A DNA stretch of 34,684 nt, taken from assembly GCA_002269645.1 (NCBI GenBank), contig NIVC01001871.1, forward strand, positions 123,720-158,403, read 5' to 3'. Both the position numbers and the translations under genes were made by a program. This document shows, in pieces, positions 30,901 to 34,684 of this stretch (within the stretch, counting starts at the first letter, position 1; every line of letters begins with the position of its first letter). The notes under the pieces were generated by a model. The model ran no database searches, was not told the origin of the DNA, and saw only the letters and a list, made by a program, of their open reading frames with translations. This stretch comes from Macrostomum lignano. Lineage: Eukaryota.

Positions 30901-33292
30901 AAGCACCAAGACACTGGGTGTCACGTGGCAGAGTGAGCAGGACGAATTTACCTTTAAAGATGAAAACGAGTCGCGTCAGGTGACCACAAAAAGAGGTCTG
31001 CTGAAGAAGCTAGCGAGCGTCTTTGATCCACTTGGACTGATCTCTCCATTTGTCGTGCAGGCGAAGATTCTGATGCAGGAGCTTTGGCAGACAGGTCTTG
31101 ATTGGGATGAACCGCTGAATGCAGAACTTAGTGCAAAAGTGAGCGCCTGGTGCATTGACCTGAAGCATTTAAGCGAGATTCGGCTTTCCAGGGCGCTTGA
31201 AGGAGAAAATTCCCTGTCGGGTAGTGTGCACGTGTTCGTTGACGCATCCGAGAAAGCTTACGGAGCTGTATGCTACTGGAGAAGTGAAACGGCAACTGAC
31301 AGTGAACGTTCCGTTCGACTTATCATCTCGAAGACTCGAGTAGCTCCAATCACAACCATGAGTACACCGAGGTTGGAGCTGATGGCAGCAGTTCTGGGAG
31401 TCCAACTCGCAAGCAAAGTCGCGCAGTCATTGCAAGTGCCGCTTCGTGACGCAGTTTTTTGGTCTGACAGCTTAAACGTGTTGTACTGGATTCGTGGCCG
31501 AGGAAAAATGTTCAAGCCGTTTGTCTCCTCTCGAGTGGGCGAGATCCAAGCTTCAACAGAGCCGAACCAGTGGAGATATGTTTCGACGGAAAAGAATCCA
31601 GCAGATCTGCTCTCTCGAGGACTATCGATCAAGGCAGTGGCGGCTAGCCAGTTGTGGTGGCATGGACCTCAGTTTCTCTTAGAAGAGGCAGAGAATTGGC
31701 CAAAGAACAAAGTGCAGGTTCCTGAGCAGGTGGAAGAGAGACGCAGATGCGAGGATCAGTCGCCGGCCGGTGAGAGCCAGAGAACGTATGTCACCGATGT
31801 GCTAGAGCGCAATCATCGACTGGAGCCAGAGCGCTTCTCCAGCTGGATCAGAGCTGTCCGTGTTCACGCTTGGGTGGCCAGGTTCGCTAACAACTGCCGT
31901 TTGATGAAGGAGCACCGAGATACTGGCGAGCTATCACCAGCAGAGATTGAAGCAGCTGAATCGAAGATCATCCAGAGAGCCCAGCAAGAAACGTTTGCGG
32001 AAGAGATCGCTTGTCTGCGAGCAGGAAAGCAGTTGCCGGGACGCAGTGTGATTTCTAACTTGAACCCGAAGCTCGACGTCAACGACCTGCTTCGCGCTGA
32101 TGGGAGACTAAAGTTCGCCGATGTGCTACCGTTTAGCACTCGATTTCCTATCATTCTGCCACGATCACACCGCGTGACGGAGCTCATCGTGAAGCATCAC
32201 CACGAAAGTGTCCAACATCTAGGCACAAACCAAACTCTGGTGGCACTGTCAAACCGATTTTGGATCGTCTCGGCCAGAGAAGCCATTAAGTCTTGGGAAG
32301 CAAAGTGCGCCGAATGTCGCCGACGGAAAGCCAGACCAGCCAGCCAGATTATGGCCCCCTTGCCCGCTTGCCGATTCAAGGAGCCGCTTCGTGCCTTCGC
32401 TCGTGTCGCTGTCGACTTTGCCGGTCCATTCATCACTAAGCAGGGCCGTGGCAAGGCTCGGCAGAAAAGGTACCTGGCATTGTTCACCTGCTTGGCAACG
32501 CGAGCTGTACATCTGGAAGTGGCATTCGGCATGGATACCGATTCCTTCCTACGGACTCTACAGCGGATGATCAGTCGACGAGGCCAACCGATCGAGCTGT
32601 TCTCGGACAACGGCACGAACTTCGTCGGTGCGGCGCGCGAGCTTCGAGAACTAGTCGACGTCTTGGATACCCAGAAGCTTCAACAGCGAACGGCTTCTCA
32701 GCAGTTGCGATGGCATTTCAACCCGCCCGCTGCGCCGCACTTCGGTGGGGTGCACGAAATCATGATCAAAGCAGCGAAGAAGGCAATCTGGGCAATTCTG
32801 AAGGAGGCGGACGTCACGGATGAGGAGCTGCTAAGCGCGTTTGCTGGAGCGGAGGCACTTCTGAATTCAAGGCCGTTGACGTACCAGACGGCGCATCCGA
32901 GTGATGATGTGCCGCTGACGCCGAATCACTTCCTCATCGGGCAAGTCGGCGGGAAGTTTGCACCGGAGGTCGACGCTGCCATCGCCCGCAGTCCTTCAAG
33001 AAGATGGCGTCACGTCCAGCAGCTGGTGTCGCAGATCTGGCGCCGGTGGTTGCGCGAGTGGCTGCCGGGACTCGCACCGCGGAGCAAGTGGCGCCGCGAG
33101 CTGCCTGACCTACAACCTGGAGACGTGGCGCTGCTGGTGAGCCCGGACTCGCCTCGGGGTCACTGGCCGCTGGCTCGCGTGCTGGAGGTCATGCGCGGTT
33201 CGGACGGTCACGTGAGAGTCGCCTCAATCAGAGTCGGTGATCGCACAATGACGAGACCAATAACAAAGTTGTGTCCAATATCTGCAGGTTAG
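27914..33292 (+). CDS. Bel/Pao Gag-Pol polyprotein (1792 codons; first ATG at 27932)
   Basis: Pao gag (IPTFSGE…W…F…KLLQLRQYL). Three Cys/His knuckles (CIVCQGDHELWSC, CFRCLGQGHLGSQC, CGISSCTKFHHRLLH). Protease ALLDDASTRSYV. RT (LPHFPV, RIVFDAS, YMDD). Pao RNase H (VFVDASEKAYG, WSDS, NPADL). Integrase HHESVQH…CAEC, VDFAGP…SDNG…HE. No stops or frameshifts. Confidence 0.97.
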   Translation: MKRRTRMDSDDANEQQQQEAQDDAGALRLEKLRFEKSRKKAAFTRCKNKLSWLLKTHASDDEVQVACDALSDLQDLVSAIQEELHEGYADAKDNERRQRLLDEMEETERDYQAAMQRVESARNRRLQRAKEAPPAASSSGENAAGDQEEAAGELHKLSGSAASSKGSNPKELSKDLWKMLKRVEIPTFSGEKQKYENWKAAFVACIDSAPATPEFKLLQLRQYLSGEALKVIEHLGHSAAAYEAAKERLEREFGGQRRQLALHLEELDSFPIVRNGNAKDLKSFANLLDVAVVNLEDAGKEAELQDGMLYVRLQKKLPEQMVASYRRWIFEQRKPESVRNLRIWVLQEAEFQTEASEIVQGVATMQQERQKREQRPKTFVTTDSDKKVQRKICIVCQGDHELWSCSEFKELPVEKRWDAAQSSKCCFRCLGQGHLGSQCRRGRRCGISSCTKFHHRLLHAEKVLAKSGEAKQTASKDAKSASSSGKTGPVTLLSAGETAISLRTVPVVLRNGSRKLKVNALLDDASTRSYVNIGIAEALGVHGALEKVKVGVINGQTETFMTAPVCFSLESLDGQTSSMIVAFTADHVTGSLKGVDWHEEAQQWPHLRNVPFPKLCEPAVVDLLIGADHPDLHVSLKEIVGQPLEPKARLTPLGWTCIGRTEQDNSEMQNAHFAATFFSCDSESGQVAKILRQFWEIENVSEGANRSPLTADEERAVQQAKSSLKYTKGRYQIGIPWKKDRLAPAGTFSMALKRLKNTEQRLIKDMNVCKQYQEILEKYEQQGYIRKVSQAETEGRCFLPHFPVLRPDKATTKVRIVFDASAARLNDQILQGPKLQRDLVDVLLRFRRHPIAIACDVAEMYLQIEMDPKDRPLHSFLWRDADPSKQPDVYEFNRVVFGVTSSPFLAQFVTRCHAEKSKGELPEAAETVLHSTYMDDSLDSAPTEAAACRLYDQLSELWRRAGMHARKWVSNSRAVLDRIPPEDRAAEVTLDSKELPSTKTLGVTWQSEQDEFTFKDENESRQVTTKRGLLKKLASVFDPLGLISPFVVQAKILMQELWQTGLDWDEPLNAELSAKVSAWCIDLKHLSEIRLSRALEGENSLSGSVHVFVDASEKAYGAVCYWRSETATDSERSVRLIISKTRVAPITTMSTPRLELMAAVLGVQLASKVAQSLQVPLRDAVFWSDSLNVLYWIRGRGKMFKPFVSSRVGEIQASTEPNQWRYVSTEKNPADLLSRGLSIKAVAASQLWWHGPQFLLEEAENWPKNKVQVPEQVEERRRCEDQSPAGESQRTYVTDVLERNHRLEPERFSSWIRAVRVHAWVARFANNCRLMKEHRDTGELSPAEIEAAESKIIQRAQQETFAEEIACLRAGKQLPGRSVISNLNPKLDVNDLLRADGRLKFADVLPFSTRFPIILPRSHRVTELIVKHHHESVQHLGTNQTLVALSNRFWIVSAREAIKSWEAKCAECRRRKARPASQIMAPLPACRFKEPLRAFARVAVDFAGPFITKQGRGKARQKRYLALFTCLATRAVHLEVAFGMDTDSFLRTLQRMISRRGQPIELFSDNGTNFVGAARELRELVDVLDTQKLQQRTASQQLRWHFNPPAAPHFGGVHEIMIKAAKKAIWAILKEADVTDEELLSAFAGAEALLNSRPLTYQTAHPSDDVPLTPNHFLIGQVGGKFAPEVDAAIARSPSRRWRHVQQLVSQIWRRWLREWLPGLAPRSKWRRELPDLQPGDVALLVSPDSPRGHWPLARVLEVMRGSDGHVRVASIRVGDRTMTRPITKLCPISAG

Positions 33293-34005
33293 TTTGCGAA
33301 CCTTTGCTAGAGAATTAGACTTTGTCAGGTTTCGCAATTTTTCTGATGAGTTGTTCAATTTTCCTGTTTGTTGCATTGTTCGTAAAGTCTTCTTTCCCTT
33401 TCATGCTAATAGGAATCACCCTGTTTTTGCCGTCTTAACCCAATTTTCGCTTTCAGTGTTCAACGCGATTAACATTCATTATTTAGCTATTTATTTTCTT
33501 GCGTGAATTTTTGCTGAATAGCAGTCGTTACGGTTTAGTGAATTTGTCGGCAAGTTTGTCTTTTGCGTTTTTTGAGTTTTTTACGAGCGATGTTTGCATT
33601 ATTTGAGCTCTACTTAATATTGCTTGATTTTCTGCGCTTAGAAGTACCATAGTTTATGCGCCAGTTCCGACCTTTTGATAGCCCAATGCTTACAATTTTG
33701 TTTCAGTTTTTGTTTCAGTTGCGTTTGGTGGCGGAAGTCTGCGTTCGTGTTCAATTTTGAAATTTTATATGATAGCTGACGTACTTCTGCAAAATTTTCG
33801 ATTGTCATCTACGATCTGCGTACTTATCTTCACCTTTTGCTCTAATTTTCTACCATTCACAATGTCGCCATCAATGTTTCATGCAACGTTGTTTTTTTGC
33901 TTTTTGAGTTCGATTTTGTATCACGCATCGTTTTCGAATATTTTCCTATTACCGTATTCGTTTTCATTGTTTCATCCCTCGAATAGTTTTTGTCATTGTT
34001 ATGCC

Positions 34006-34018
34006 AAGGTGGGGGGTA
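34006..34018 (+). promoter_or_regulatory. Polypurine tract (AAGGTGGGGGGTA)
   Basis: Directly abuts the 3' LTR. Confidence 0.85.
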
Positions 34019-34304
34019 TGTTTGGGAGGTAGATTAGTAGCATTGATTTTCTTTCCAATTCCACTGCGTGATTTAATGTACGTGTTTATTATTCAATTTT
34101 CTATGTACGCTGATTTAGCCCAGGCCCATCTCACCCACCCCCCTCCACGCTGGCTGATTCTGACTGACTGCAATAAATATATCATCGAGAGGGCTTATTA
34201 GCCCTGTGTACGGTTTACGCTTTTCGTTTTGTTAGCGTCTCGCTTGAGCCTCAGCTCCAAAATAGTTATTGGCGGACCATCGGTCTTTTCATTTCTATAG
34301 TACA
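34019..34304 (+). repeat. 3' LTR (286 bp)
   Basis: Same sequence as 27560-27845. Confidence 0.97.
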
Positions 34305-34684
34305 CTGTGTGTGTTGGTTACTGTAACACTCCCAAAAAGGCCTATTACGGAGTACTTCAGGGTCAGCTCAACCCCTCCCCCCGCGACCCCATATTGATCT
34401 ACCATTGCTGGCGCTTTTGCTTAGTTTCTTTGGATTTTGGCGTCCGACAGTCGAACCCATTGCAGCAGGAAGTTCCTCCCATTCCAACTGGGTCAGCTTG
34501 ACTTTCATTCATCTAAAAAAAGGTCTGCAAGCCTCCAAGCGAGACCGAATTCGATAAATACAAAAATTAATCGCGTGTTTAGCCTTATGGAAGTTTTTGG
34601 GAATCCAGTTTTTTTATCTGCAGCGTCTAAAATTGCTGTCTCTGAATGAAGATTCTTGTTATCTATTGGGCGTTTTTGTTTGCT

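Larger units (their letters stand above)
27560..34304 (+). mobile_element. Full-length Bel/Pao LTR retrotransposon (6745 bp)
   Basis: TG…CA LTRs at both ends. 5-bp TSD CTGTG (27555-27559, 34305-34309). PBS, PPT and a single gag-pol ORF with Pao-type domains. Confidence 0.97.

Noticed and set aside
27880-33140. Many antisense and alternate-frame ORFs within the retrotransposon and the TIR-like exon 2
   Set aside because: Shadows of GC-rich coding sequence with no independent domain signal
33293-34005. Possible env gene in the ~715-bp region between pol and the PPT
   Set aside because: Only short T-rich ORFs (70 and 91 aa) with no signal peptide, furin site or fusion-protein features; treated as 3' untranslated region

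Overview
Eukaryotic (metazoan) genomic DNA with GT-AG introns, GC-rich exons and AT-rich intergenic DNA. The style suggests a free-living flatworm such as Macrostomum, but that is inference only. Five host genes were reconstructed by hand: (1) an unidentified two-exon gene with an apparent 1-nt frameshift (234-1172, +); (2) casein kinase II beta (2333-3531, -); (3) an unannotated ~830-aa three-exon gene (4716-8751, -) with three tandem TIR-like alpha/beta modules and a transmembrane helix in a third exon that the ORF track does not join; (4) a divergently oriented RING-less TRAF (coiled coil + MATH; 14908-16076, +); (5) a nine-exon annexin with a long low-complexity N-terminus and several core insertions (17817-25639, -). 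An intact, very young Bel/Pao LTR retrotransposon (27560-34304) has apparently identical 286-bp LTRs, a CTGTG target-site duplication and one 1792-codon ORF, and it sits inside a 33-bp minisatellite. Eight of the 13 coding-region introns are filled by different minisatellites, and three MITE-like inverted-repeat families are present. The best candidate for an undescribed system is the head-to-head pair of the triple-TIR-like membrane adaptor and the RING-less TRAF. All exon joins were done by eye, and no database searches were run.
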